The notes beneath the pieces are model-generated. The model saw only the letters and a list, made by a program, of their open reading frames with translations, had not been told where the DNA came from and did no database searches. Position numbers and translations under genes: made by a program. DNA of 63,914 nt, counting the filler, from Trypethelium eluteriae (taxonomy: Eukaryota): assembly GCA_051942245.1 (NCBI GenBank). It is 4 parts of 4 records of this genome, joined end to end, with 100 filler letters (N's around TTAATTAATTAA, not from the genome) between each part and the next. Parts side by side here need not be neighbours in the genome. Positions count along the whole stretch, not along the records: positions 16,360 to 32,540 come from JAVECL010000629.1; positions 32,641 to 48,801 come from JAVECL010000630.1; 2 more parts are not named here. The stretch is one strand, 5' to 3'. This document shows positions 25,143 through 38,700 of this stretch, piece after piece. Positions within the stretch are counted from its first letter, which is position 1, and each line of letters begins with the position of its first letter.

Positions 25143-28100
25143 ATGCCCGGGCAGGCGCATCCTCAGTCCGACGAATCACCCGCCATTTTGGCCTTTCATA
25201 AGTGGTTTGATGAAAATCTCGTCTGCGGTAGTCGAGCCGATACCATTGGATCGCAAGAGGAGCCACCAAAATTCATACCCTCTGATGAGTTAAAGGCATA
25301 TTTTGACAATCAATGCCTACGCAAAATACTGAAAGAGGTCTTCGCTCCTGGGCCTCAGGTTTATGTCGAGGTCGACGCCGTGGAAGAGAGCTATCGCAAA
25401 GTCTTCGCTATTCTTATTTGCATCAAGAAAAGTAATCTGATCACCGAGTTCATCAAATATCCAGCTCTGACAGATTCGTACCTACCCTTCCGCCAGCGCC
25501 CAGATGATTTCCCTCACTCCGCGAATACCGAAACCGATTGCTTCGAAGCATTTTCCAGGGTACAATGGATGTTTTGTGCACCTCTACTTCGATACTACAT
25601 CAATCAGCACTGGGAGCCGAATCGCATTCTTCCGATTGTACATAGCGAAAAGATAGGTCACGGAGGTAGTGCAGAAACGTACAAGATTCGCCTGCACCAT
25701 TCCCACAACCGCTTAGATGGAAGTGTCCGATCACAGGAGGTACGCATCTATGCAGTCCAAAACCGCGACTCGAGCTAGAAGACTCTAATCACAAACAGGG
25801 CCCGCACAGTAATATTTTCGTGTTGAAGACTTTTCATAAATATGAAGAACAGCACTACGAGAATGAGGTACGGGCATTTGCTACGCTTCGAAAAAAGGTA
25901 GCTAGGATTCCAGGGCTTGTGACGTTCTTTGGAAGTTTTGTGCAAGGGAATACATTCCACATCCTTCTCGAGTACGCGGATGGTGGAACGCTCCAAGAAT
26001 ACCTCGATAAGGTTCCACGACCTACTACTCACGGCCAAAGGCGAGATTTTTGGAAGAGTCTACTTCCATTGACCAAGGCTCTGAAGGAGATACATCAGGT
26101 GGATATACAAGAATTGCAGGATACAACAGTCCTCCGTGGGCAAGTTTTTTTTTCTACGTCATCCGTGAAGACAACTGCTGACTTGTATAGATGGCATCAA
26201 GACATCAACCTTAGTAACATATTGTGCTCGGGATTCAATCCTGAAGATCCCTACCACTGCAAGTTCAAACTTGCTGACCTTGGCCTCAGTCATTTTACGA
26301 CAAAGATATCGAACAGAGTGGTGGACAAAGATGCTAAGGGGACCAAGACATTTGGTAAGACATTAAGAAACTACCTACTCAATACAATTTATTGAAACGT
26401 TCCAGGAGCCCCGGAGTGTTACAGTTTCGACGATTTCGACGAAAGAAGCACTCGAAAAATATCACAGGAGGTGGATGTATGGAGCCTTGGCTGCGGATTC
26501 AGTATAGCTGCTGAATGGCTGTACCATGGTCAGCATGGTGTGAAAAGGTACGAAAAGGATCGCGAAGAAGAGCAACAGGAGATAGAAGACTTTCGTGATA
26601 CCGGATGCTTTCACAATGGCTCAACCGTTCTCCGAGCAGTTAAGAAGGCGCATCAAGGCATCTACGACGACACAGTTAATTTTGATAGTATCACCGGGCC
26701 CATGTTGGACTTGATCAAGGATATGCTCGAGCGAGAAGATGTTCGACCTTCCGCTGGGACAGTCTACCAGCGCTCTAGGGTGATAATGAGTCAAAATCCG
26801 GGGAGCACGACTGAGACTGGAGGTGCCTTATCTGACAGCTCTCTGGAGTACGCTGATCTTCAACCATCTCATGTTCTCTCCTGGCCGCAAGAGCTGCCTT
26901 TTGGGAGACCGGGCAACCCGGATAATGGGGCCTTCCCAGCGACCTACGGACGCCCCTTTAACAACATTGCCTATAGTGGACAAAATCAATTTGCATTTAG
27001 CGAACCTCATGAGATACATAGTGCGCATGGAGGCAGGCATAACAGTCCCGGTATCGATAGCAGGGCAACATCTCGTGAAGGAGCACAAATCGATGCAGAA
27101 AATTCTCGGGGGAGCAGAGGGCCTGATCCTGGACATTTTTATCCTCAGCACAGTATCGAATCTTCCGATTTTTCAGCCTTTACTAATGGTATACGGTCCA
27201 GTCCGAATCGTACCTGGTCTATGGATACACCATCATCGCCAAGATTTCCCCACAGACCATCCTCAAAGGTTCCAATCCATTCGGCTGGCGTCTATGAATG
27301 GGTCGATCCAAGCAGGAACATTGTTGGCTATTTTAGTCCGTCAGATCTGGAAAGAGGTGAAACAAGCCATGATTTGGGTCGCTTTGAATATCAATCACAG
27401 GTCTCAATAGAACACACAGAAGGCGGTCATAGCCAACAGGCTCAGAGAACTTTGGACCATTCTGCTGTTTATGCACAAGGAGCAGGAGGGTCCACACAAC
27501 ATTCCGGTAGAGGAGGAATTGACTCTGCTAGATTCCAGGAAATTGCGATGCCTAAACGCCCTGAGGACTTCACGAACACGTCAAGGCCGATTGCAAAAGG
27601 TGCACAGCCCCAGCTTGACCTGGATGATGACGACCCACCAAAGCCACCCACGTCGCCGCGGACACCCCATCCAGTCTTTCCGGTCCAAGATGCGCTGCGA
27701 TGGTGGAAGAGCTCGCCATCGGCCTTTGTTAAATTGCCGCTTGATCAATTAAGCAATAGTTATCTTTTAGAAGATATACAGAAAAGGGACCAGGTGAGCA
27801 ATATCTAACGCCATCTAATTTTGTTTGCCTGCTGAGAAAGATCTAGGTTATCCTTCTTGATGACTCTCAGTTCATGCGTGACCACTGGAATGATGTCGTT
27901 GATTTTCTAGGCTTGCATGTTTATATGATCCAAGACGCCGACCCGGATGGAGTTGAAGTTTTTCTGACCAGCAAGTCACATCACACAAAAAAGAGGAGGC
28001 CCACGGCTCCAAAAGATCTCCAAAACTTCGCCCGCCAACATCAGCCCAAGCCTACGAGTGCTACTGTAACGAATATGTACACTCGACTAAATGCCATCCT

Positions 28101-28503
28101 CGAGCCCTGTCGCAAGAAGATCGAGCATGATGAGAGTTCCAGTCTCTTTGCAAGGGCAAAAAGAAGGATTAGACCCTTAAGACCATTGAGTATTACCGTA
28201 TACACCGATGGTCGTTGGCAAGAAGGCTCAGAGGCTGCTGCGCCCATCAGGAAGATGATGAACACTTTGATCCAACATAATCGAGACCTCACGGAAGTTG
28301 GTATACAATTCGTTCAGTTTGGTAAGGACCCAGAAGGAACACAAATTTTACGGTCACTGGATATCAATCTACAAAAAACCACCGACGACACTAAATGGGA
28401 TATTGTGGACACGGAACCCGCGGACGGCGATATGTGGAAGGTACTATTAGGACCAAGCAATCGATGGTTTGACGATGATGCTTCCCCTTCCACAGGCCCT
28501 TAA
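25143..28503 (+). CDS. Ser/Thr-type protein kinase fused to a C-terminal vWA-like domain, 5 exons
   Basis: IGHGGSA loop, FVLK, YENE, GWHQDINLSNIL, KLADLG, GTKTFG-APEC, VDVWSLGC; disordered linker; vWA-like VILLDDSQFM, SITVYTDGRWQ, VGIQFVQFG. Confidence 0.85.
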
Positions 28504-29212
28504 AGCGGGTAGAATTCGCACTAGCATAGGCATACTTGCTTAGAGTATACACTCTTCCGTCGACCGATGCTACGTTGCATTACAGAGGTCTCCGACGGTC
28601 CGACTTATTCACTATTGTCACTCAAACCTACATCTATAACATTCTCGCGCAAGAATCCACGCACTATCCTTTTCTTGCCTCTCTTCGTTTGGCACAAACA
28701 TCCTTTTTGTTATTTGGGAAGGCGCTGCTTAACTGATCGGACTTAGACAGAGGGCATCACTGCACGGTCTCCCAATCTACGTCCTACTATTCTCTTATGT
28801 ACCCTTCCTTGCGTATATTTGCTATAGAGTTTGCTTCAAGGTGCTGGTGTTAACGCTACTTTGTGGATGTGAGCACGAACCGCTCTTTTTTTTTTTTTGC
28901 TGCAGATATATATTAGTATAGATGCGATCAATGAGCGGAGGGCTGCATTGACTGACAGACGCCAGAGTGAATAGTCTGCTGCAATGTCACCTGCCATATT
29001 AAATTTATCTGAGAGCTCATGGCCATTGTGGTGGATGGTATCACGCCCAGAGAGTAGATTTTTGCTGGAAGGCCGATATTCCAGGATGATCATATACGCT
29101 TACACGCAGCCTTGGGCCATCAGCCTTGTAAAATATCATCATCTATTGCTCGTAAGTACGTCGCTATGACTATCCGCATCCGAGACTTCATTCGGGCAGG
29201 CACTTTGTTCGC

Positions 29213-30645
29213 CTAAGCCTCTACATCGCTACCGCTCCCTGCTTTCAGCCTCTCCTTTAACGCTCCCTTCTCTTGCCAACCCTCTTTCCCGGGTGCGAAG
29301 AACGGTTGTCCCTTCACTACCCCTTGCCAAAATGTCGCCAACGCACAAATCAACCACAACAGAGTTGTGACTACTGCACATGTCGCCGCCCATCCTCGAA
29401 AGCCGGAGTTGTTCAAATCCTGAGCTAGCCGGCTCAGCGCATTCGTGTATACGGCAAACGGAAAGACGCACGACCAGAATCCGACATTGAATCGCTTTGG
29501 AACACGTAGAATGACACTCAAAGCGGCCTGCGCCATCCAAAACGTTGCCAAAGCCACCAGGCACAGGGCGATGAAGACACCGAGCCAATTAATACCTTCG
29601 GCCACCGCTGTCATCGAGACCCGGGTACGTGGTAGCTCGCCTATTGGGAGGGCGTAGCTCTTCTTTTCGATATGGTTGCCGAGCCCAGTAGAGAGATTCT
29701 GGATGCTGAACGCACCCTCACCTGTAGGGCCCATGGGGACGAAGCCGCTGATGATCAGATCACGAGAAGGGAGGGAAGCGGTAAGTAGGCGCCAGAGATA
29801 GATACAAAGGATAATGGAGCAAATGGCCTGACCAAGGGACCAGGAGAGGAAGGAGACGGTGAGGGTGAGTTGGCTGGGAGTCGAGGGCAGGTGAGGAACC
29901 AAGGTACTGCCGACAGCGGAGGTGACGATGAGGGGGACGAAGGCGAGGAGCCAGCTAGTTGGGGAGATTAGCTGCGAACCAGAGATACTCGGGAAGACGA
30001 ATAAGGACTTACACTCCGGAAACTTCAGAGATCGCATGAGGCTGCTGGTAGCAACAAGAGATGGGGACAGCGGCAAAGCTCACGATGATGGTCAGGGCTA
30101 CGGCAACCCAATAGAGAGCGAAGGCAGTCCAGAGGGCGGGTAAGTGGTGAGAATAGTATAAAACGATGCCAACGATGGCGTTATCGAAACTGATTATAAA
30201 GGCGCCAAGGTAGGCAACTTGCGAAAAATCTCGGAAGGTCTCTTTACTCAAGTCTGGAAACATGATTGATTTTGCGACCCCTAGTGTGGAGAAGAAAGAG
30301 AGCAGAATAATGCAAAGGATCTTTGCATGTAAGCTTCTGTAACGACAATGCGAGATAAATACACCTACCCAGAAGCAATATCCCAGATTACTTAGCCATT
30401 GTGCCGGATAGGGGAAAGTATATAGCACCTGAGCGACAGCACCTGAGCTCTATCCTCAGCATGAATATCTCAAGCAAGCGTGAAGTCCAAGAAGCCTTAC
30501 CTGTCCCCATGGAGACAAGAAACCATGCTGCGTCGAATGTCACGATGCGCTCTTTCCAATGCTCGGCAGAAACCCAAGATGAAAGACAACCACGCCGTCC
30601 GCTAAATGCCTCCTCTTTCTGCCCTTTCCCTTTCCCTTCATCCAT
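29213..30645 (-). CDS. TDT/SLAC1-family anion transporter (Ssu1/Mae1-like), multi-exon
   Basis: FDAAWFLVSMGTG, PTSWLLAFVPLIVTSAVG, GFVPMGPTGEGAF, FNVGFWSCVFPFAVY; about 10 hydrophobic helices across exons. Confidence 0.85.
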
Positions 30646-31460
30646 CACACTTCGAAGAGGTCCAACGAAAATACAACCTGTCACCGCAGAAAGACAGTGG
30701 CCGAGATGATATCCAAGTTCCTCAAATCTCCGATCCAGCATAAGTCCTGTTCGGCCACGTAGTACCGGTGACACAGTGTCGCCTAAAATGAGGCATCACC
30801 GTCGTCGTCATTTCAGCGGCGTGTCGCTACCGCAAGGATGCGGGCACGTAATAGACGACTTTTACGTAAAGGCCAACTCAATTCAGTTTCACTTACGCTA
30901 TTACCGATCACTAGGGGGAAATTCTGTAGCGGAAACGTCCAGCAGAGAGGTAAAATTGCGTTATTATCGGCTTTTCTCGTCATGAGGGCTGGAGAGTGCG
31001 AAGGCATGGGGCTTCATGTCACGATATTTGATGTGGTGCATGCTCTCGTAGAGGCGGAGGTTAGATTAAACTCGGTGGGGATCTGCGTACATGGAATGGG
31101 TGGATGGGACAGGTGCCTTCGGTACGACTGAGTGGCTCACCACCGGACCCGTATGACACAGCAAAAGCTTTGCACCAGACTCGAAGGGCATCAACCTTTC
31201 TTTACTGGAGAAATTTCACATCACTTAAGAATAAGCTACATTAAAAGTCTAGAGTGTATTTCAACCCCGGCAAAGATTACTAGCTCACTTCTTCATCAGA
31301 TTTTGGAAGGACTGCCGAGCCTGCCCAAAGTCAGCACCAGTAATATTGCCTAGAGACCTCAATACTTTAGTCCTCCAAGGTTACTACCGAGAGATCGTGG
31401 GAATGAATACGTACAGTGAAGGAAATATAACCCCACTCTCAGGGTCTATAATTGAAGCAC

Positions 31461-32274
31461 TTACAGGTGCTGTCCGAAAAAGTCGAGTAATGTCTTATAT
31501 CCGTCCTCATAGTTCTTACGAACGTTGGCATCGGTGAGATCAGCGCTAAGCTCGCATTAGTGATAACGTTATAGACAGGGAGGAATTGGAAAGGCCATAC
31601 CGAGCGGCCATGAAGCCATGCACTTGGTCGGGATACCACTTGACCAAATGCTTCTGTTTCATCTCCTTCTCCCAGCCTGCTACATCCTCATTGTTCTCGT
31701 CCTTACTTGGCAGCATCGCAATCGGCACCGCCGCCCCCCTTGCATCACTCGGATCCACCATGGCCGGATGACACGCCGCTCCAGCTTTGAAAGGCGTGCC
31801 CTCCTGCGTAGTCAAGGCCACGATCTTGCCACCCCAGCAATATCCTACAACTGCCCACTTCTGCACCCCCGCGTTCTCCGGCATCTTCTTGAGCAGATCC
31901 ACCACTTTGGGCACGCGCTGGGCAGTCTTGGGAGGCGCGCCTGTGGTCTGGAAGAAATTGCCTAGTTTCTCCTCCTTCTCCTTCGTGTCGGGAGGGTGCC
32001 AGCTGAGGTCGCATGGCTTACCCTCGAACCAGTCCGGCACGAAGACCTTGTATTTCTGGCCGAGGATGTCGGCGCCCTGCAGCGTCTGTGGGAAGAAGCC
32101 GAAGATATCGTAGATAACGAGGATGGCCTCTTTTCCTTCGGGTTGACCCGTCACATATGTTTTCATGCCATCGACCTCGGTCCAGGCGCCCTGAGCGGGA
32201 GGGGAGTTGTTGGCGGTGACGGGGGGGACGGTGCAGCAGGCGGCGCTGTGGCCATGCATACCTCCTGATGTCAT
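31461..32274 (-). CDS. Dienelactone hydrolase family protein, 2 exons
   Basis: HSAACC, YDIFGF, GYCWGG nucleophile elbow, HPAM, HGFMAAR; intron about 31600-31546, then ADLTDANVRKNYEDGYKTLLDFFGQHL*. A longer N-terminal extension is possible. Confidence 0.9.
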
Positions 32275-32504
32275 GACGTAGTTACGGAGCTGATGATGGG
32301 TTTGAGATGGCTTAGCAACGGAAGTCGTATAGAGGTGGAAGCTGCTCGAGGACGAAGCGAAGCTCGCGAGAGGTCCGAAGGAAGTCAATTGAGTCAATGA
32401 AGAGCAATTGATGCGGGGTGATGGTAAATAGGGAAGATATCTTGGCTTGAGCAATGGCATTACTGGGATTGGTGTAGATTGCGTAGGCACTGGTGGATGG
32501 CCGA

Positions 32505-32540
32505 GGCTGGTGGGCTGGTGGGCTGGTGGGCTGGTGGGCT
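32505..32540 (+). repeat. 8-bp tandem repeat (GGCTGGTG)n at contig end
   Basis: About 4.5 copies running into the linker. Confidence 0.85.
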
Positions 32541-32640
32541 NNNNNNNNNNNNNNNNNNNNNNNNNNNNNNNNNNNNNNNNNNNNTTAATTAATTAANNNN
32601 NNNNNNNNNNNNNNNNNNNNNNNNNNNNNNNNNNNNNNNN
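32541..32640. other. Artificial contig linker
   Basis: N44-TTAATTAATTAA-N44. Confidence 0.98.
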
Positions 32641-32646
32641 CAGCCG

Positions 32647-33040
32647 CGTCAAGGCTGAACGCCATCTCCTTTGTACTTGCTGCAAGCGTTCCACAGACAG
32701 GTCGTAACGAGTAAAGGTCACGTGACTGATTAGTGGTGATAAGCCACAGATCAGGATAGAGCGATCTAGGGTGATCACCCACAGATCACGGGTTATCACA
32801 CCGATCAGTAGCGATCAACCCAAGATCAGTAGAAATCTGATCAGAGGAATAACAGCTGTGATTAGGAAGATCACAAGTATATATATGTAGGAGGGAATCA
32901 GCTTAACTGACTTCCTCGCGTTTTATTATCATACCAAAACTGTACCCACAGTTAGTTACGAGCCAAATTGGACAAGTCCTTATTCATTACCAAGTTGTCC
33001 AAAGCTTAGTGACCCTTCTTACATCCTTGGATCCTTGACA
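32647..33040 (+). mobile_element. Probable solo LTR (about 394 bp), little RIP damage
   Basis: Ends CGTCAAGG (32647) and CCTTGACA (33033-33040) form an imperfect TGTCAAGG/CCTTGACA inverted pair. Internal TATATATA box; normal GC content. Flanks AGCCG/CTCCG are not a clean TSD. Confidence 0.55.
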
Positions 33041-34704
33041 CTCCGCTCCTACGTGAAAAACTCTGAGACCACTCTACGTACCTGCTACAAGCTGTGCTTG
33101 TACTAGGGGGTATAGGCTCATAACAAATAATATTAATAAAATATTTAAATCCAGTAATAGCTCTCTGGGACTGGGCTTTTATCCAGTATTTAATAATATT
33201 AAGAGGCTTGGGGTGGTGGTAAGTAAGCTAGATATAAAGTATGAACTTCTTAATAAGCTACTTAATACTATAAACTAAGCCTTAAATAATTTACTTAACT
33301 GCGACTATTCTAAAGGAGCTGGTAAGTTATTCAGTAATAAGATAAAAAATAAGATATTTAGACTTAATAGGCTAATTAATAAGCTACTTAAGCCTAAAGT
33401 AAATAAAAAAGAGAGGGATATTAATAGATAAGGCAAAATTTAAAAATTAGTTATATTTTTAGATCTAATTATTACTAAAGTTAAATTTAATAAATAAAAA
33501 GATATTAAGTCTTTTAATTTATTTAATTATAAGCTATTAAAGTTATTGGATAAACCAAAAGTAAAGTTAATACCTTATAGGTTAGTATTTAATTTAAATT
33601 GCTTTATTATATTATTTAGGTTAATTATAAATATTATTCCAGCATAATATAATAATAATAATCCATTCTTATAAAAGAATTATTAAATATTTTTATTTAT
33701 TATTAAATACTTTATATTATTATCCTTTAAAAATACTTAAAGATAATTAGGTTGCAGTACTAATGTGCATAATTACTTTAAGGAAGATTGGACTAGCTTA
33801 TAATTACTTCCAAAAAATTAAAACTAAATAATATTTTTAATAACTGCATTAACTTAATTAGGCTTAAATATATTATAACCAAAAATCCTAATATTTATAT
33901 TTAAAAAACTTAAATTATTATAAATTAGGTTATATTTTTATTAAATATAAAGTAGCTTAGAATTAGATATACTTATAGGCTTGTTACTGCCCTTTAAGCA
34001 ACTAATAATAAAGTAGGTAATAATATAATAAAAATTTAATAAATATTAAAGAGATAGAGACTTTTTATATATATATTAAAAGTATTAATAAAAGTCTAAT
34101 TATATGCTTTTAAAAAGTTATACTTATTTTAAGAATAGGCCTAAAAATATAAAATAAGTTAATTAACCAGTTTATATTATTTATGCTAATAAGAATCTAA
34201 ATAAGATACACATATTTAATATTACATAAGCTTTATAAGCCTAATAATATTATAATCCTTAGCCTTTATTATTTATAATAACAGCCTTAAAATGCTATTA
34301 TGTATAGCATTATAGATATATAAGGCTAATTTAAATTTATTTCCTCACACAATAGTTTTTAATTTTATGCCCGCAAGCTGCTTTAATAGGGACTTTAGGC
34401 TGCAAACCTTATTTATAGGCTTATAAATAAACACCATACTTATTATGTTTTGGATTAATAATAAGCTTAAAATTTAAACCTTTACATATTATATGCTGGT
34501 ATTATCCTAAAACTAGATTAATAGTAATTTCATCCCAGTGGAGATTACTTATTAAGGTTTGCTAGATCTTATACACGGTGTTCCTCATCTTGCTGTTCCT
34601 CTTCTTATAATTTTTTTTATGCCTGCTTTTGCTATTTTACTTATTATTCTTAGTGTTATTATTGTCCTTATTGTGGATGTTCCTGGGCTGCCTATTCTTA
34701 TTTT

Positions 34705-34840
34705 TGGGTTGGCTGTCGCTCCTGGCTTAGCTGTTGCTTATGGGTTGGCTATCGCTCCTGGCTTGGCTGTCGCTCCTGGCTTAACTGTCGCTCCTGGCTT
34801 GGCTGTCGCTCCTAGCTTGGCTGTTGCTCCTGGTTTGGCT
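34705..34840 (-). repeat. 18-bp coding-type tandem repeat, (DSQARS)n on the minus strand, about 7 copies
   Basis: Plus-strand unit GGCTGTCGCTCCTGGCTT; some copies show CAA>TAA changes on the minus strand. Confidence 0.85.
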
Positions 34841-35471
34841 GGCGCCTCGGTTGCTTTAGTTGCCTTAGTTGCCGCCTTTTTACTTGTCCTTTAATTAATA
34901 AATCCTATCCAGCTTTCTTATAGTACTCTTTAACTTAATCTTTTATAACATTTTTATAGCTATGCTTAAACCTGCTTTTTATACTTTAAAGGTATGCAGT
35001 CTTAAAAAAAGCTACAAATTCCCGCAGAGTTTTATTCTAAAGAGACTCTCCCTATTTTTTATATTTTTTAAAATATATTTTATAATTTTTATTATAATAA
35101 GTACTTTATAAATTTCTCCTTTTAAAAGTAATATTATAAAAATTGCCTAAAAAGTTTTAAACTTTATAATTATTAAGATCTTCTTAAGGAGTATACTTTA
35201 TATGTTATGCTTTTTTTCCTTTATAATATTATAATAATTAGGCAGTAAATTTTTTTTAATAATTATTTTATAAATTTAGATAGTATATCCTCTAAATTCT
35301 TTTATGTGGTAAAGGATTACTTATAGCTTTATACTAATTTTAAATACCTATTTAATCTCTTTTTAAATATTGCTTTCTTAAAGCCATCCTTTAATCAGCC
35401 CTTAAAAATATGTGCTTATTTAATATATTCTAGGTTTATTATTAAAAGTTAAGGTAAATATAAATTTAGTT

Positions 35472-35765
35472 CCGCTACTGTTATTTTATAAATATTTATA
35501 AGCATTTAATATAACTAAATTAGGATTATTAAAAGATCCTTTATTAGCTGTTAATATAATTTAAGCACCCCCAGTTACTGTGCTAATAAATATAGGTGCG
35601 GTGCCGCTACTATCGCCCTATAAATATTTATAAGTATTTAGCATAATTAAATTAGGATTACTTAAAGACCCTTTATTACCTGTTAATATAATCTGGCTAC
35701 CCCTAATTATTGGACTAATAAATATAAGTGCAGTGCCCCCATTATTGCCTTATAAATATTTATAA
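35472..35765. repeat. 132-bp degenerate direct repeat, about 2.2 copies
   Basis: Equivalent positions at 35472, 35604 and 35736 (ccgctact...tataaatatttata...taaattaggatta...tgttaatataat). Confidence 0.75.
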
Positions 35766-38700
35766 ATAATAAAAATACTTACTTTAGCTGAATTATAATT
35801 AGCAGAAGGCTTATTATTAATTAATAAATAGCTGCCACTAGAAATTTCTTTATTGCTTATAATTATAGCTTAAGTTTTTTCTCCTTAGTTATAAAGAGGC
35901 CCTAATTAAGTACTGGGCTTTTAATTAATACTAAAGCCTTTATGGGATGGCTTTTAATTAAAAGATAGTCTTGCTTAATTATTTTAATAAACTGCTCTGC
36001 CTAAATTACTTAAAGGATCTGGCAAAGTAGCAGAAGGCTGCATAATTTAAGTCTTCTTTGCTTAATCCTTATTACCAGCATAAGGCTGTGTGCTTTTATT
36101 ATATAATTTAGGTAATGGTGTAGGATTTTAATGCATTTTATTAATATTAAACATAATAGCACTGCTTAATAATCTTATAATCTTGGTCTGCAAGGGTGGA
36201 TTTAATTTATAAAGACTACTTTTATAACTTGTCCGTCCCTTCTAACTAAAAGGGATGCCGGAATTTTTTAGTGCTTAATTTTTAAAATGCTTACTTTAAT
36301 AAGTAAGCATTTAATAAAGCATGCTAATTAAAGAGTTAGCATATTTAATATTAATCTTATTAGGACGTATAAAAGGCATACTAAATATAATTAATAAATA
36401 ATTAAAGTGTTTAATATAAAGTTAGTATTTTAATATTTATAAAAGTTATAATAAAATAATTCTAAAAAAAAGATTAATACAATTACTGATTATATATATT
36501 TAGGGAATCTAAAGTATGCTCCTTAAAAAAGACTGCTAAAGCTATACTTAATATATCTAATATTTAAATAAAATAGCGCAGTTTATTCTACCTTATACTT
36601 ATAATAAATAGTATGCATCTCCCTAATAATTATTAATAATTAAGGAGTATGTAAGAGCAGCTTATTAAAATAAGCTTAATAACTGCGGCTGACTGGCTTT
36701 AATTATGGATGTCTTTACTTATAAACTTAATTATCCTGCAAAGTAGAATTTTCTGCAATAAAACTTAAAATTGCTTAAATATTAATAAATAAATATAGGA
36801 TTTTAATATAAATTTAGCTATATTTAGCTGGAGTTTTATTATGCGTGCGGCTATTTTTAGGGTTTAAAAAAAAGGAATAAAAAATTTCCTATAAGCTGTT
36901 ATCTTATTACGCATAAATACCAGCATTTTAGGCTCCCCTTTTATAATTATTAATAAAGTGGGCAATAACTTTTGTAATCTTTAAAGGCTTTTATAATTTT
37001 AAACTCTGCCGCGGTTAGGATACATAATACTAATATTATAAGTTAAATTAGGAAGTAGATATTTTTAATTAGACTAAATATAATAATACCTAGGTAGCTT
37101 TAAAGAGAGCAATATAAAGTTTAGCCTTTTATAATAAATATATAATAAAGTTTATTTAAGCTCCTAGCTTTAAAATCTTAATTAGTTCTTATGCTTATTT
37201 TACCCACTATTCTGCAGTCTAGACCTGCTTTATAAGGGACAGTTTTAAGGTTAATAGCTTTAAGAAATTATGCTACTTAATTAAGCATCTTAGGTGGTAT
37301 CTTTTTAATATTATAACTTACTTATATTAAGTTAGACAGCAATATAGAATGCTTCTTTTTTAAAAAATCTATTACTAATCCTAATTATTTCTTTAGCTCT
37401 TAAAGTTAGGGGTTTTTATTAAATAAAAAAAAACCAGGCTTTATAAGTGTAAATAAGATATTATTAAGTTATTTTAAGTTTTAACTTTTTTTAGTGCATT
37501 ATTTAAGCAAACTTTAATTAATATTTGCTTAATATTTTTAGTATTTATTAGAGATTTATAATGCTAGTTTGCACCTATTAATTTTAACCTCTTTATTATA
37601 GGACAAAAGTATATTATTACAGCTAATATTTTTATGTCCAATTTATAAATCCTTATAAATAAAGAGAATGCTATTTAGAATCTATTTATTATTAATTGCT
37701 GCTATTAATTTAAAGGATTACTTTCTTATTTGCAAATTAAAGTAAGCTCCTCCTTAATAAATAAATTAGATAGGCTTGCTTAAAGGAATGTGAGAGATAT
37801 AGTTATATATTTATATATTATAAAGAGGTGGTTTTTGTGGATAAAAATATTTATTATCACCACAATATTTAGATGGGATTTATAAGCAAAATTTATAATT
37901 ATGCAGCTATGTCTTTAATACTTCTTAATTATGCAAAATATAAGAGATGCATTTAAATTAGAGGGATATTTAGCAGCTATTATAATAAGTCCGGCCTAAT
38001 CCTTATACAAAATTTTAGTGTAAATATCCCATAATAAAGATAAAAATAGGATGTTTATAATTAGCATTATTGCATTTTTCTTTATATGCGCGTAAACTGG
38101 TAGGGGCAGGTAAAGAATGGCATTTCTTTTACTTAATTTATTAAATAATAGCGTATTTAATATTTTAAACTTCCTTTTTAAGCCTAGGCCAGCCGGATAA
38201 AGAAATTATGTAAACTGCCTAGGCTTACTTATTAGGATGATTAAAAAATAATTAAATCTTATTAAGCTTAGATAAGGGTAAAGTTACTTATACACCGCTA
38301 CTTGCTTAAATAAGTATTCTGCTAAGCCTAGGCTATAAGGTATAATATATTTATTTTTAAGGCTGATTAGATTTTAAACATAATTATTTAAGGGAGGACA
38401 AGCCACCTTTGTAGTAAGAATAGCTTAATCTGTTAGGCTGTCTGTAATTTGCTGAGCTAAAGATAATATTAAGCTGCTGCTGCTGGATAAATTAAGCTAT
38501 ATATTGTAGGAATTTATTAATCTATTATTAATAAGTATTGCTGGCTTGCAGAAAGATTAAAAATAGGTTTAATAATTCTTACACATAAAGACTAAATTTT
38601 TGGGTGTAATAATGGCATATTAAATAAATATTATTACGGCTATGTTATAAATAAAGAGTGCTGGTATTAATTATAAACTCCCAGTCTGGTTAAAGCTTTT

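Noticed and set aside
34559..34894. Hydrophobic 111-aa ORF with LAVAPG repeats
   Set aside because: Opposite-strand reading of an 18-bp repeat inside RIP-mutated DNA.
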